In this document: piece after piece, positions 38,973-51,424 of the stretch
How the letters are laid out: every line of letters begins with the position of its first letter
Numbering within the stretch: the stretch's first letter is position 1
Source of the DNA: Adineta vaga
Taxonomy: Eukaryota; Animalia; Rotifera
Direction: 5' to 3'
DNA: 64,000 nucleotides
Assembly: GCA_021613535.1 (NCBI GenBank)
Contig: CP075493.1
Location: forward strand, 13,702,001 to 13,766,000
Program-made: the position numbers and the translations under genes
Notes under the pieces: model-generated
Database searches by the model: none
Seen by the model: the letters and a program-made list of their open reading frames with translations, nothing else
What the model was told of the DNA's origin: nothing

Positions 38973-41900
38973 ATGAATGAGATTACCAAACGTGCCGAAG
39001 ACGCAATCTATCAATTAATAAACGAGAATTCACCCGAAGCTCGATACAGAGGAGACACCGAATTAAAAGCTGTCTATGCTGCTTTTAGAGCACTACGAGA
39101 AACATCTACACACCATGAATGGACTCCATTAGTTCTTCAACAATTGGCTCGAATGATGGATTGTAATGAATCTCTTGATCGACAATTTTGGTTGGAAATT
39201 CATCAGGATATTCGATATTTATTAGATAAGTTACATACAGAACAGAATCATCGATATTGGGCACGATTTCAAGCAAGAATGAAATTAGAAGAGAAAATAC
39301 AAGAACGAAGAAGACAGTTTGAAGAAATGTATGGAGAAAGAAAGACTCTGTATGAATTATGTGTGGAACACCGTCATTTTTTACTTGGTTATCTTCAAAA
39401 ATGTATTTCTATTCATTCAAAAATAGAAATATGTAATTTAATAGAAAATATCGATGAATTGAAAAGTCTTAAAATTGATTTTGATTGTTCAAGTACATCA
39501 TTAGAATCAATCGATCCATCAAACTCGTCATTCACTCAGTCATCTGATACTACTGGAAACAATCCTCGTGCATTTTTACCATCACTTGAAAAATATACTC
39601 TCTCAGGAAATAAACGAAAGAAAACAATTCGAGATTTATTACAATCAAAACGATGGTTGGTAATTTTAGGTGGTCCAGGATATGCTAAAACAACTTTACT
39701 TCGATGGATCATGCATATTTCAGCTAGAGCAGCACTTCAACATATTGCAATGAATTCATTTGAAAAGGATCTGTCCTGTTTATTTCGTCTTCCGATTTTC
39801 ATTCGAATCGATGCATTTGTTGAATGGTTCGAACAACACCAAAATTCGACTTTATTTGATTATCTAACTAAACACATTTCCTCGTCAGAAGTCGATCAAG
39901 ACGAAAATGCTTTAAAAGAGTTTATTATACATGGATATGCATTAATTCTTTTAGACGGTTTAGATCAAATTGTTGATGTTGAACGAAAAGGTGTAATAGT
40001 TGATCAAATTCGAAACTTTCTTGATAAATATACTTGTACATGGCATTTTCTCTCGCCATTTGATAAAGCATTATACAAAGATAAAGATATGTACGGATAT
40101 TCTCCTACTATTTATGAAACTCAATTGCTAAATTTAGCTGCTGGAAACCAAGTTATTATTACTAGTCGTGTTGTTGGTTATCACATCCATTCGTTGAATG
40201 GTCCATTCATTGTTCATTATTCATTATTACCACTAACGGACGACGAAGCTGATCGATTTGTTCAAAATTGGATGGAACAAGTCGAACGGAGTATTTCAAC
40301 TATTTTAACGACAATGAACAAGGATATTTTTCAGATCAAACGAGACAATGTTTTAAAAGTTATTTTCGATAAAAATACAAAATTTACTATGTTAAATCCT
40401 GATTTATTAACTTTTATTTGTATGTCTATGATTACATTATCCGATGAATTTGATCCAAACTGTCGATTACAAGTCTATCATCGTGCTATTCAATTAATCA
40501 TACGAATGTGGAATAAACAAAATTCTACTATATCCGAACATATTTTCATTGAGTTTCTAACTGATCTTGCCGTTTATTTACAGACTGAATCACCTTCTGG
40601 TCTTATCGACGAATTCGATGTAGAACATTTATGTTATTTAACGTATAAACGATATCATAAATCAGTCAATCGTACTGAACTTCGTCGATTTACAGATGAA
40701 TTAACTTCAGCACTTGGTTCAAATATTGGAATTACTGCTGAACGAGGATGGCAAGTATTTGGTTTTTTACATTTATCCTATCAAGAATATTTTGTTGCAC
40801 GAGCTTTCGTCGAACGTTCATCGACCAGAGATCTTGCAGAACGTTTGCATGGTTTTGTAATTTATCCACGATTTCGTGAACCACTATTATTAGCGCTTAG
40901 TTGGATCAGTTGGCAACGATCAAAAGAGCAATTTGATGAATTTTGTCGAATATTTCTTGAAAAACAATCAGCAGATTTCATCATTCCACTGGGAACACTT
41001 GTATTTCTCGAAGCTCTCACTGACATGTGTAAACTTCCATCGAATGATATTATTTTTACAGCATTAAACATTCTCTTAGATCATCAATCATATCATATGT
41101 TTGCCAATCATTGTTTCACTACTTTATCGATATTATCCGATGAAATAAAATTAGAATGGATAGAATTGCATTTAACTGATGAACAACGTTTTTACCGTTT
41201 TTGTCGTTATTTATTAGCTGAAGAAGTGATCGATCGTTTTACTTATCTTTCGAAAGTTTTGTCACCAGTTGTTTCTAAACAATTGTGGTTAATCAGTTGT
41301 AAGTATCAAACAAGAGAGTTTCTTTTTTATCAAACTCTTTCTCGAATAATCACGCGAAACAAACCATTTGATAATATTATTCGAAATACTCTATCGACAT
41401 TTCTTATTTCCAAGAATATGAATCTAACAGATATTCATCCATTGATCTTCTCTGTAATCATTATTTTATACGGTGGTTTAGTTAGAGACGACAAGTATAA
41501 TCGTCATATGATTCAATTTTCACCATATCAAATGTATCGACAATCATTAACTTTATTTCCTATTATTGAATATTTTGTTAACAAGAAAGAATCTCATTTA
41601 ATCAAAGTTCAACGACTTATTGAACAATACATAAGTTTTCTTCGCCGATCATCATCCGAAGATACTTCAGTAGATATCATCGATACTTTTGTTGCACTTA
41701 TTTGTTTACGTGGTCTTACACAACCATTAGACTATCAAGAATTCGATGGATATCAAGCATTACCATTAGCAATGAAGAAATTTAAGCAGAATTTATTTTA
41801 TACAAAAAAAAAAGAATTATTTGATATTTCAGAAGTTCAAACAATTCTCAATGTATTTGCTTCACAATCGAATGTATCAAATGAACAAATCATGTTGTTT

Positions 41901-44900
41901 TCTTTGGCATGTGGTGCAACATTGAAAAAACTTAATATTAAGCTTTCTGCTGATATATTGGATAGTGAAATCATTCGATACTACAAACTCGAATGTCAAT
42001 CAGAATTCAATTTTGTCAATCCTTTCGATAATACAAGAAACATAAAACAGATATCGGAAGGCAATCATCATCTACAGATCATGCAAGATACATCTTATTT
42101 CTTATTGGCATTTGTACCTCAATCACTTCAACCATTGTATCATCATTTGATTCAAACAAATTCTCTCTCATTAGTCGTACTTTTATCACAATGTTTAGTT
42201 CTTCTAGAAAATAATGAGATCGATTCTACAGATCGTCTTATTTCATTATCAATTTTAGAATCTTCATATCGAGAATTTGGATTAGGAACATATGCATCCA
42301 TACTCTTTTGGCGAGAGCGTCGTTTTTTAAAAAAATATCAATATTCACTTGAAGAATGCGATCAATTTATCAATGAAGTAAAACAAAGAACGGGAGATCA
42401 GAATGATATACAACGTTTTGCTACATCAATTTCTCTTGCTGTAATTTACCGAATTCAATATCAATTGATAAAAGGCAATAATGAAGAAATATATTCGATT
42501 CTAATGACTATTACTGATCCAATTTTACGTGTTTTAGCTGCTAGTATTATATTAAATATGAAAAATCCTTGTGTATTCGATGAACAACAAAGAGACGAAT
42601 TAAAAAATGAAATGATTCATACATTGAAGATTTGTCTTCCAAATCTTTCATTACTCACTTCCACCTTATTATTTGTCCATTGTTATCCATTCAATCAACG
42701 ATTTGTCGATGAATTTCAAGAAATAAACAAAGAAATCATCATCAAACTACATGATACTTCCAATGACAAATCAAGTCAAGAAGCAGCTTACATTGCATTA
42801 CGATCATTGAAGCATTTCTCTGATCCACTTACGAAATTTGAAAAACAAACAACAAATCTATCTGATCTTCTTCAATTTAATTCAACTATATTTCATCATT
42901 ATTTTACTGATCAAATTTCATTCGATCAATCGAATCCTGTTCTTCTCTCATGCATGTATCTCGCTGAGTTAACCGTTGATGTTGACATTTTAAAAATGTT
43001 TTGTAAAGAAAAGATAAAGGAAACTGGTTGGCTTATCAGTGAATTTGATGAATTATTCATTCAAAATATTCTTACATTTGAAATAGCAACATGGATTACA
43101 AATTATTTAAAGTTCTCAGATAGAAAACATAGTCAATACATTATCGATAAGATCATTCAATCTGATCAGATCGAAAAGAAAGCTCATTTAATAATGAAAC
43201 AATGGATTGTTTATCGAACGGATGCAGATTTGCAAGTTTTTGCATACTATGCTGCAGCATTGGATATTGAAAATGATGAGAATACTTCACTTCTAATCGA
43301 TACAATTAATAATGAATCAAAAATCAAATATGGAAATACGATAAAAGTTATCATAAAGACATTACTTGAATCAGATATGATTGTATCTCAAACAAATCTT
43401 ACCAAGATTATCGAATGTGCTTCTCGTGCAAAACTCCAAACATCTGCTTGTGTTCATTCAATAGAAATATTCAAAATCATTTTGAATCATTCATTGCATA
43501 TCATTAATGATTGTTCGCTAAATGTTCAAAATTATCTTGCCGAATATTTCAATTTATTTCTTGAATCTAATCATATTTCCAATCCGACGGAAGATATTCA
43601 TCTTGCAAGAATTCTTCAATGGTTAATTGTTCTTGTCACTTATCAATATACGAAAGAAACGTTTTCGAAATCTTTATACGAATGTATTTTTCAATTCCTT
43701 GATGATCAACGATATCCTCAAGTTCAACGAACAATTATCTATGCTTTTCGTGGAATATTTTCATGTAGTCAATGTGACAAGAATCATATCTTTATGTCTG
43801 AACATGTTTTAATGATCTTAGAGAAGATGATTTGTTCATCATCGATAACAATGGACATTTTAAATGCTTGCTTATTAGCTTATGGAAACCGTCTACTTCG
43901 ATGTAAAGAACTTAAAATCAATCATAAAGTTTCGGATGAAATGTGTAACGTATTTGAAAGACTTTCGAATACAACATTATCTGATTGTATTTCTGCACGC
44001 GCTCTCCTATGTTTAATTTATTCGAAAAGGCCAGTAGTTATTTTTAGTACGATAACAAATTGGTTAACAACTCTGCCAAATATAACACCTAAAAAACGTT
44101 ATGATGTTTTTTTACAAGAATTTCTCTATTCCAACAAGGATATTTTCTTGGATAATGTTGTTAAAGAACTTGTTCGACTTATTCAAACTTATTCAAATGA
44201 ACTTCTTGATACATTCATTATGGATCTTTATAAATTCATATCTGGTATAGCTAAAAAGACAGATCTTCTTAATCCCAAACCTGACTATGTTCGAATTGCT
44301 GGAAAATTTATTTCAGTTAATTCAAGTTTATTTTGTGATTGTGTAAAGAATCAAATCGGTGAAGAAAAATTTAAAAAAAGACTTTATGAAGCACATCAAC
44401 AAGAAGCGTGTGCAATATTTATTACTTTATATGTTAGTTTTGGTCTGATTACTAATGAACTTATCGATATGTTAGCACAACTTGGTTCTGGATTGATTTA
44501 TTTGAATGATTCCGTTTTTGAAAATATTCAAAAAATATCCGATCGAGATGTGATTGAAAATATATTTGATCATTTAAAATCATCATTTGATCCACAAGGA
44601 GCACTTTACTCGTTTTTATTCAAATTAGCGTTTCAACTTGCTCGTGAGAATATTATATCAGCATTTGAAATGCATCAATGTGCTGCATTTCTAATGAATA
44701 ATAATACAGAGAAGTTTGGCGGTGCATTATCCATTGGAGGTGATGTTCGAGATACATTTGGTTCATTAGTTAGTCTTAGTTGTCTTGAAAAGGATTCGAT
44801 TTGGCCATGTGGAGTTAAATTTTTTTCGGAAAATGATATTGATGAAAGTGTGCGACAAGATATTCAATATTCCAAAAACAAATCATTGTTGTATCTTCGA

Positions 44901-44939
44901 AGAAATTATTTTCTGGAAAATTTAGCTTTTACATCTTAA
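38973..44939 (+). CDS. Large NACHT/STAND NTPase protein (NLR-like), 1988 aa
   Basis: Walker A-like VILGGPGYAKTT, LPIFIRI, Walker B LILLDGLDQI, IITSR and FLHLSYQEYFVA, followed by a long helical C-terminus. Single exon. Confidence 0.88.
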   Translation: MNEITKRAEDAIYQLINENSPEARYRGDTELKAVYAAFRALRETSTHHEWTPLVLQQLARMMDCNESLDRQFWLEIHQDIRYLLDKLHTEQNHRYWARFQARMKLEEKIQERRRQFEEMYGERKTLYELCVEHRHFLLGYLQKCISIHSKIEICNLIENIDELKSLKIDFDCSSTSLESIDPSNSSFTQSSDTTGNNPRAFLPSLEKYTLSGNKRKKTIRDLLQSKRWLVILGGPGYAKTTLLRWIMHISARAALQHIAMNSFEKDLSCLFRLPIFIRIDAFVEWFEQHQNSTLFDYLTKHISSSEVDQDENALKEFIIHGYALILLDGLDQIVDVERKGVIVDQIRNFLDKYTCTWHFLSPFDKALYKDKDMYGYSPTIYETQLLNLAAGNQVIITSRVVGYHIHSLNGPFIVHYSLLPLTDDEADRFVQNWMEQVERSISTILTTMNKDIFQIKRDNVLKVIFDKNTKFTMLNPDLLTFICMSMITLSDEFDPNCRLQVYHRAIQLIIRMWNKQNSTISEHIFIEFLTDLAVYLQTESPSGLIDEFDVEHLCYLTYKRYHKSVNRTELRRFTDELTSALGSNIGITAERGWQVFGFLHLSYQEYFVARAFVERSSTRDLAERLHGFVIYPRFREPLLLALSWISWQRSKEQFDEFCRIFLEKQSADFIIPLGTLVFLEALTDMCKLPSNDIIFTALNILLDHQSYHMFANHCFTTLSILSDEIKLEWIELHLTDEQRFYRFCRYLLAEEVIDRFTYLSKVLSPVVSKQLWLISCKYQTREFLFYQTLSRIITRNKPFDNIIRNTLSTFLISKNMNLTDIHPLIFSVIIILYGGLVRDDKYNRHMIQFSPYQMYRQSLTLFPIIEYFVNKKESHLIKVQRLIEQYISFLRRSSSEDTSVDIIDTFVALICLRGLTQPLDYQEFDGYQALPLAMKKFKQNLFYTKKKELFDISEVQTILNVFASQSNVSNEQIMLFSLACGATLKKLNIKLSADILDSEIIRYYKLECQSEFNFVNPFDNTRNIKQISEGNHHLQIMQDTSYFLLAFVPQSLQPLYHHLIQTNSLSLVVLLSQCLVLLENNEIDSTDRLISLSILESSYREFGLGTYASILFWRERRFLKKYQYSLEECDQFINEVKQRTGDQNDIQRFATSISLAVIYRIQYQLIKGNNEEIYSILMTITDPILRVLAASIILNMKNPCVFDEQQRDELKNEMIHTLKICLPNLSLLTSTLLFVHCYPFNQRFVDEFQEINKEIIIKLHDTSNDKSSQEAAYIALRSLKHFSDPLTKFEKQTTNLSDLLQFNSTIFHHYFTDQISFDQSNPVLLSCMYLAELTVDVDILKMFCKEKIKETGWLISEFDELFIQNILTFEIATWITNYLKFSDRKHSQYIIDKIIQSDQIEKKAHLIMKQWIVYRTDADLQVFAYYAAALDIENDENTSLLIDTINNESKIKYGNTIKVIIKTLLESDMIVSQTNLTKIIECASRAKLQTSACVHSIEIFKIILNHSLHIINDCSLNVQNYLAEYFNLFLESNHISNPTEDIHLARILQWLIVLVTYQYTKETFSKSLYECIFQFLDDQRYPQVQRTIIYAFRGIFSCSQCDKNHIFMSEHVLMILEKMICSSSITMDILNACLLAYGNRLLRCKELKINHKVSDEMCNVFERLSNTTLSDCISARALLCLIYSKRPVVIFSTITNWLTTLPNITPKKRYDVFLQEFLYSNKDIFLDNVVKELVRLIQTYSNELLDTFIMDLYKFISGIAKKTDLLNPKPDYVRIAGKFISVNSSLFCDCVKNQIGEEKFKKRLYEAHQQEACAIFITLYVSFGLITNELIDMLAQLGSGLIYLNDSVFENIQKISDRDVIENIFDHLKSSFDPQGALYSFLFKLAFQLARENIISAFEMHQCAAFLMNNNTEKFGGALSIGGDVRDTFGSLVSLSCLEKDSIWPCGVKFFSENDIDESVRQDIQYSKNKSLLYLRRNYFLENLAFTS

Positions 44940-45617
44940 TAAATCGATAAAAAAAGAAATGAACATTATGTCTCTGTCGTAGTTGTTCAGTACAAATTCA
45001 ATGATCTGAAGCGATTTAAAGCAACAAGCTAACTCACTCTCGTTTACACCATTTTGCTTCAGAACCTGTTAAAAATGTTCTTTAGCTTTTTATCTCTCAT
45101 GAAATCCACACCCTCTTTTTTCAAGTGTATGAATGTATATTCGAAAGTAAGGAAAATAAGAACAAACATGCATGTATTATTATTTTCATTTACTCACATT
45201 AAACGAATTAGTTAACGATTAAAAAATCTTCTCACATCGCCGAATTTTATTCAATTGATGTATTCTTGTTCTTATGACCATAAGAGAATATGCACTCAAA
45301 ATGTTGACTTTAAACATAAAGACAGAAAATCATTAAAGAAAAAGTTTGTTTTCAAGATTAAATCTATAAATTTATCATGAATCACTTTTAATATAGATAA
45401 GAATCTTGAAACAAAATTTTAATTACATTCTTTTCAAAGATTTTGTATAAGCCGGATGAGACAAAAATTAATTAATAAAATGCATCATTCTATCAGAAGC
45501 AACAGATGAGTGTATACTCATGATTTACCTTTTGATCTTAAAGAAATTGCACAAACAACTTTTTTATTTAAAGATAGGTCATTGAAATACTAAAAACTAG
45601 TGGAGAAGAAAGGTCTA

Positions 45618-46562
45618 ATGGTTGATGAAGAAGAATTTCGTCGTTTAATTAAATATATAATTCTACAAATAACAATAAGTCCATCATTAATATGTGATCT
45701 TCTTGTATTTATTTATTTTATACACTCTTATCGAAAAGAAATATTATATTCACCTCATAATCATACAATTTTATGTTTACTTATCATTAGTTTTATACAA
45801 AAAATAACTGATCTTCCTCTTCTACTATACTATCTTCGATGGGGTATTGTTTTAAACGAATCACCTATATTTTGTCTTATTTGGAATTGGTTGGATTATT
45901 CTTTATGTTGTATAAGTTTATTTCTTTTAACATTATGTTCTATTCAAAGACATTTCTTTATTTTTCATAGTCAAATAATGAAAAAATCATTCTATTTAGT
46001 TTTATTTCACTATATACCTCTATTTGTCTGTTTATTATACGGACCTATATTCTATTTGAATGTTATCTTTTTTCCACGTGAATGTACAAATATTTGGGAT
46101 TATTCACTTCTTTTTTGTGGTGGTGCATGTTATTCTTATGTACCATTTTTAGGTACTTTCGATTGGTTATTTCATTATGGTTCACCAATGTTATTTATAT
46201 TTATTACAAATATTCTTCTAGTATGTCGTGTTATGTATCAAAAAATTCAACGAAGACAAAACATTGAATGGCGTCGTCAAAAACGAATGATTGTTCAACT
46301 TTCTTTTATTTCATTACTTTATTTGATTTTTATGTTACCAGAAATTATTGTTGGTATTATTGAAGCTTTATGGTCACCAACATTTCTGAGTGATATACAA
46401 TACAATTACTTTTATTATATGGCTTATTTTGTTAACCAATTTTTACCGTTTGTTATTGTTACTTCACTTCTTCGAATGCATAAGCGAGTTAAGCAATCGA
46501 TTCATTTTATCAAAAGACGATTCAATCTTAGAATACAAATACAACCAGCAATAACTCAATGA
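45618..46562 (+). CDS. Orphan rhodopsin-like 7TM GPCR
   Basis: Seven hydrophobic segments, FCLIWNWLDY, SIQRH (DRY equivalent) and FLPFV in TM7. The ATG at 45618 is the likely start. Confidence 0.8.
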   Translation: MVDEEEFRRLIKYIILQITISPSLICDLLVFIYFIHSYRKEILYSPHNHTILCLLIISFIQKITDLPLLLYYLRWGIVLNESPIFCLIWNWLDYSLCCISLFLLTLCSIQRHFFIFHSQIMKKSFYLVLFHYIPLFVCLLYGPIFYLNVIFFPRECTNIWDYSLLFCGGACYSYVPFLGTFDWLFHYGSPMLFIFITNILLVCRVMYQKIQRRQNIEWRRQKRMIVQLSFISLLYLIFMLPEIIVGIIEALWSPTFLSDIQYNYFYYMAYFVNQFLPFVIVTSLLRMHKRVKQSIHFIKRRFNLRIQIQPAITQ

Positions 46563-47360
46563 GTATAGTTACTGGTAGTTATTACACAACAGAAACGCTG
46601 TTTGAGAGTGCGATATGGTGAAGAAGAAGTAGCTGACATCTTACTCTCAATCACTCTTTATTTTGACGTTTGTTTGTGAGTATACTGTCATTTATGAATG
46701 TAAGTTGAAGATAATATACGTAGCACATATATCATTCAAGTTACTAATAGTAAACGAACATGGTCTTAATTCGTAATCTATGCAATACAATTCTATAATT
46801 TCAAATGATATTTAAACATTTGTCATCAAGCTAATATAATGTATATAATTTACGAAACTTCCGTTGTTAAAATTAAGCAATTCAATACTGTATTTTGTAC
46901 CATGAAGAGTAGTGAATGTAATGTGATTATAACAAACAAGAAGGGCAGAGATTTTGACCTGGAACAAGAGGAATTCAAAAATGTTTTCTAATTATTTCAC
47001 TCTTTCTCTCTTCTGACTATACATCTTTATTTTGATCCGATACATATATATTCTTTGTTGACAATTATTTAATCGATATTATATTCAAAAATTTTAATAA
47101 TGAAATATTTCTTTGAAGACCTCTTTCTTGTCCAGTATGATAAAAAGAGATTAATGATTAATTAACATAGAATATAATGTTACGAATTCAATGACGTTTA
47201 ATTGAATCAAATGGAAGACATAAACAATAAATCATTGATTGATACACATATATGAATGCATTAATAATTATGAGATATAGAGATGTAACTGTATTCCGAC
47301 GTTTCTAGTCACAATTCTACTCTTTAACAATTAACTATTCATTCTCTTTATCTTTTCTCT

Positions 47361-47364
47361 ACCT

Positions 47365-47398
<34 letters not shown>
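47361..47398. repeat. (CT)n microsatellite
   Basis: Run of CT dinucleotides preceded by CCTCCCTCCC. Confidence 0.9.
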
Positions 47399-47401
<3 letters not shown>

Positions 47402-47649
47402 TTATTTCGTAAATGTGTAAATAAGAAGAAATGTTTGTAAGTTATCTTCTCCTCAAAAAATGGGAACATCATACTATGAATGTCAACCATTTCCTCTTCA
47501 TACTGAGATGTCATTATTGATAAAAATAACTATAATGAAGTCTTTCATGCTTTTTTTTCTCTTATTCAACATTTTCAAAACAACGTCATTTTCATCACAA
47601 GATAAATGCACTTTTTCAATTTAAAATACGTTTTTGAAATTCATGAGAT

Positions 47650-48591
47650 ATGAGTACATTGTATGTTCAAGTTTTGAAAGCGGGTATTTACGTTCAATCA
47701 GTGGTATTTGCTTTGATTGTAGTTACGAATCTTCTTAGTATTCGTATCTTATGTTCACGTACTCTCCGTGCTTCGCCATGCACGTATTATTTTGTTGGTT
47801 ATGCAATCATCAGTATTATTTACAGTTGTCTAGTATGTCCAACACAAATTATACGCCCTTTGCTTATCGGGTGGGAAAATACATCGGTGGGATGCAACAT
47901 ATATTTTTACGTTTTATTCTTACCACCGTATCTTGCTCAAGGCATGCTTGTGTTAGCTTCATTTGATCGATATTGCTCCAGCTCAAAATCACGTCGATTA
48001 CATTCTACTAGTACAAAACGAACAGCTTGTATAACTATTATTATTAGTATGATAGTTATTGCAATCTTCATGTCACCCATGTCGTTCATCTATTATTTCA
48101 ATACAAATACTGGTTTATGTGTACAATACACAAGCTTACCGGCACAAGTTTATGTAATGAGCCAAATGGTAATATATTATATTCTAATACCGATTATATT
48201 AATTATCTTCGGAATTTTAACGATTATCAATATTCGTCAACATGCTGTTCGTACAGTACTACAAAATCTCCCGACAACACATGGTCGTCGTACGGAACGA
48301 CAATTAGCACGTATGTTAATTCTTCAACTCTTTGTTCACATAATTCTAACTCTTCCATTCGGTACGATATATTTTATCAATGCATTTGATTCATCATCAC
48401 GTACATCGTATAACATTGCTATACGTTATATCTTACTTATCGTACAAGAATGTGATTATTTTGCTACATTTTTTCTGTATGTTTTCTCGGGAAGTATTTA
48501 TCGTGAACAATTTCGTCAATTATTTAAATTTACTAAGCAAAACAAACTTTTAATCCATCCGATTCAACATCAACAAATTCTGATAAATTAA
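47650..48591 (+). CDS. Orphan rhodopsin-like 7TM GPCR
   Basis: ASFDRY motif, LRASPCTYYF, ERQLARML and FFLYVFSGSIYR; 313 aa, intronless. Confidence 0.85.
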   Translation: MSTLYVQVLKAGIYVQSVVFALIVVTNLLSIRILCSRTLRASPCTYYFVGYAIISIIYSCLVCPTQIIRPLLIGWENTSVGCNIYFYVLFLPPYLAQGMLVLASFDRYCSSSKSRRLHSTSTKRTACITIIISMIVIAIFMSPMSFIYYFNTNTGLCVQYTSLPAQVYVMSQMVIYYILIPIILIIFGILTIINIRQHAVRTVLQNLPTTHGRRTERQLARMLILQLFVHIILTLPFGTIYFINAFDSSSRTSYNIAIRYILLIVQECDYFATFFLYVFSGSIYREQFRQLFKFTKQNKLLIHPIQHQQILIN

Positions 48592-49059
48592 AACAATAGA
48601 CCCATAAACAAAGCCGTACAAGAACGAAGTTCATGATTATCAGTAGTCTATTTCCAATATTAAAGAACTATACTTCTCTGTTCATATCAATATTTTATGT
48701 ACTTGAGTGTTACTTTTGTTCTATAAACTTGAAAGAGTAACTGTTCTGTATGGGAATTTCTTTTTCTAGAAATATTTAATAGTTGTCATACTTATATAAA
48801 CTCAACTAAGCACATATTCATACTTGTGAAAAGTCTCGATTGTGAATATATTTCAAGAAGACAAATTCACTCATATTCTTATTCTTTTTCATATAGTTTC
48901 TTCGTTGAATTTTTTTTTTGAAATTTGCATTTTTAAACTCTGAAAAGAGAATATGCAAGATAAAAGTAATAAACCATATTTTAATTCATAAAAGAAGCAT
49001 TTCTCCTCATTTCCAAGCGATAGAGAATCTTTTATTAAAACCTCAGTTACAAAATCATA

Positions 49060-49172
49060 TAAATAACGAACAATTCGATGATTAAAAGGATCGATCACAT
49101 AGATTTGATCCCATTGATCGACAAACAATCCTTGAGGATGAGACAACTGATCCAAATTATTTCCTTGACCAT
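49060..49172 (-). pseudogene. Isolated NHL-repeat fragment
   Basis: GQGNNLDQLSHPQGLFVDQWDQIYVIDPFNHRIVRY is one NHL repeat with no surrounding gene. Confidence 0.6.
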
Positions 49173-50367
49173 TTCATCACACGATAATTATCTTTACATG
49201 AAATATAAATAAATTAAGAATCGAGTAAGATCGTTTCTTTTCGAGAATACTTCCTATTCCACGATCTTAAGCAATGTGAAATTCCGGGTGATTTCGGAAA
49301 TATAGGAGGAACTGGAACTATAATTGTATAAGTATCAAATTCCTTATTAAAAGTACATAATTATAAGATCCTTTCAATTTATTATAAATATATAATAAAA
49401 TGAATACATTATTATTAGATATATGTGAAACAATTAAATCAGATTTTGATAAGTTGTGATCAATTTGAGCCGTCATTTTTATTAGATTATAAAGATGTTT
49501 GCTCGACAGTCAAAACTATCCTAATTTTACTTTTGTATTTCAAAATAGTAGACGATTACTAATTTGTGTGCCTAAATGTGTTTCATCTTGTAAAAATATA
49601 AATAATTGATATTGTCCTATAATCTATCGCACCAAACATATCCGATAACATCCTACTTTGATATTCAGCTTCCATTTTTCTATTGATTTCTCGAGTGTGA
49701 AATCATCATCTTGGGAGGTTTGGTATTAAACCTGAACATTTCATGAATAAAATAGTTGATAAATTTATAATCATCGTTGTAATACATCATTGGAATTAAT
49801 CTAATTATTTGTGCCGTACGCAGACAAAATTGTAGTTGCTATAGTGGCCCATCAATCAGAAGTCATAGTTGATTGAACGGAATGTATGTTAACTAGTTTC
49901 TAACGTGGTATTGTGTGGAATGCATGCTTAAAATCTTCAAAAGAATTGAATTGAAACGAATTTTCTATTTGGCACACTATTCAAAACAGACGCTACAGAT
50001 CCAGTATATGAATCAAATGTAATGTTATATTCTGCATGAGATATAATTACTGAATAATCTTCGAACATAAATACTTACTGTCCACATCTACGTTAAAATG
50101 AAGCTTATTGATCGAGAACAATAGAGGTCAATGATTTATTGTGAGTATGGTTCTATAATTGACTTGTTGTCTATGTCAGGCAGTTAAAATGGTATCTAAG
50201 AAGTTAAACATTTTCTAGTTTCGATAGTAAAATATGCGAGAAGTAAAAGTATCTCGCCGTCCATTTCCGCTTAGGATATGAGTAGTCTACTGGTATCATG
50301 ATCATACGTTTGCCCTCAATGTTTTATTTTTAAATAATTCTTGGAATAAACCATGTGAAGAAAATAG

Positions 50368-51164
50368 CTATTGTTCTCTTTGCTTTCTCACTACAAAAAT
50401 GAGTCCTTGATGAGAATCATTCATGTTATTTATCGTTTGTAATGTAGCACTTTCTACTTTCCATGCGCCATTCGTAGCCTCATTCCACATTTGTGCAAGA
50501 CTTTCTGGAGAATGACGCATAATTTTGCCACCAATACTATCCCACGTTCTTGGATGTTCTGCAGGTACCAATGCGCCTGCCTGTCTACCGACAATAGCCC
50601 GTTTTGCCAATCGAGTGAGTCGACGACATATATCTGGTTGAAGTTTAAGGTCAAACAGATGGATGAACGAACCAACGTAAACGTAATCAGCTGGCTTGAT
50701 TCCATTCAGAAATTCATCATCGAGTATGCTACCTGTGGCGAAAACCTTGTTCTTCTCCATTACATCTCGATCACGAAACAATTCATAACCTTGTTCGATG
50801 AAAAATGGATCTAACTCGTAGCCACGAATTTGTTCGACTGGTACTCTATCGTAGACAAGTTGTCGCACATCTTGACCAAGACAACATCCAAAATCAATTA
50901 GTGTTTCGCCTTCATTTTTACATTTTTCAAGAATTTCTCGATAAATAGGATTTAACTTGATCGACGGGAAAAGAAATCGCCAGCGACCAAGGCATTGATA
51001 GGTATGCCTTTGCCAAGAACGATCACGTACTGTGATCAGATGATCACGCAGCATTAATGCTGGAATAGAAGCGTAATCAGTAAAGAAACGTTCAATATCA
51101 GTATTAATAGGTGGTTCATCGATGTAGAATGACGATTTTTGTCGACAGATTCGTTCGTCAGCAT
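50368..51164 (-). CDS. Class I SAM-dependent methyltransferase of the fungal secondary-metabolism type (AusD-like); 5' end uncertain
   Basis: YQCLGRWRFL, LIDFGCCLGQDVRQLVYD, FIEQGYELFRD, GSFIHLF, IVGRQAG and RHSPESLAQMW. The nearest ATG (51164) is out of frame by one base at an A5 run (51136-51140). Confidence 0.75.
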
Positions 51165-51424
51165 TACCACTACCACTAAAATGACAATGTAATTTAAACC
51201 CGATAAAATAAATGCGCATGGTAAAGATAAGAAAAACAAAGATGTATGATCATTATCTAGGATGGAGGTGAGATGCATCTTTGCTTTCATGATCGTTATG
51301 TCATTGATCAGTGTACAGTAGCTGCAGTACTATGCAAGGTTAAAGATTTAGATATATCATCTCTGAAAACAATTTATTTGCAGACAACAACAAAAATAAG
51401 TGAAATATATAGATAAAAGAGACG

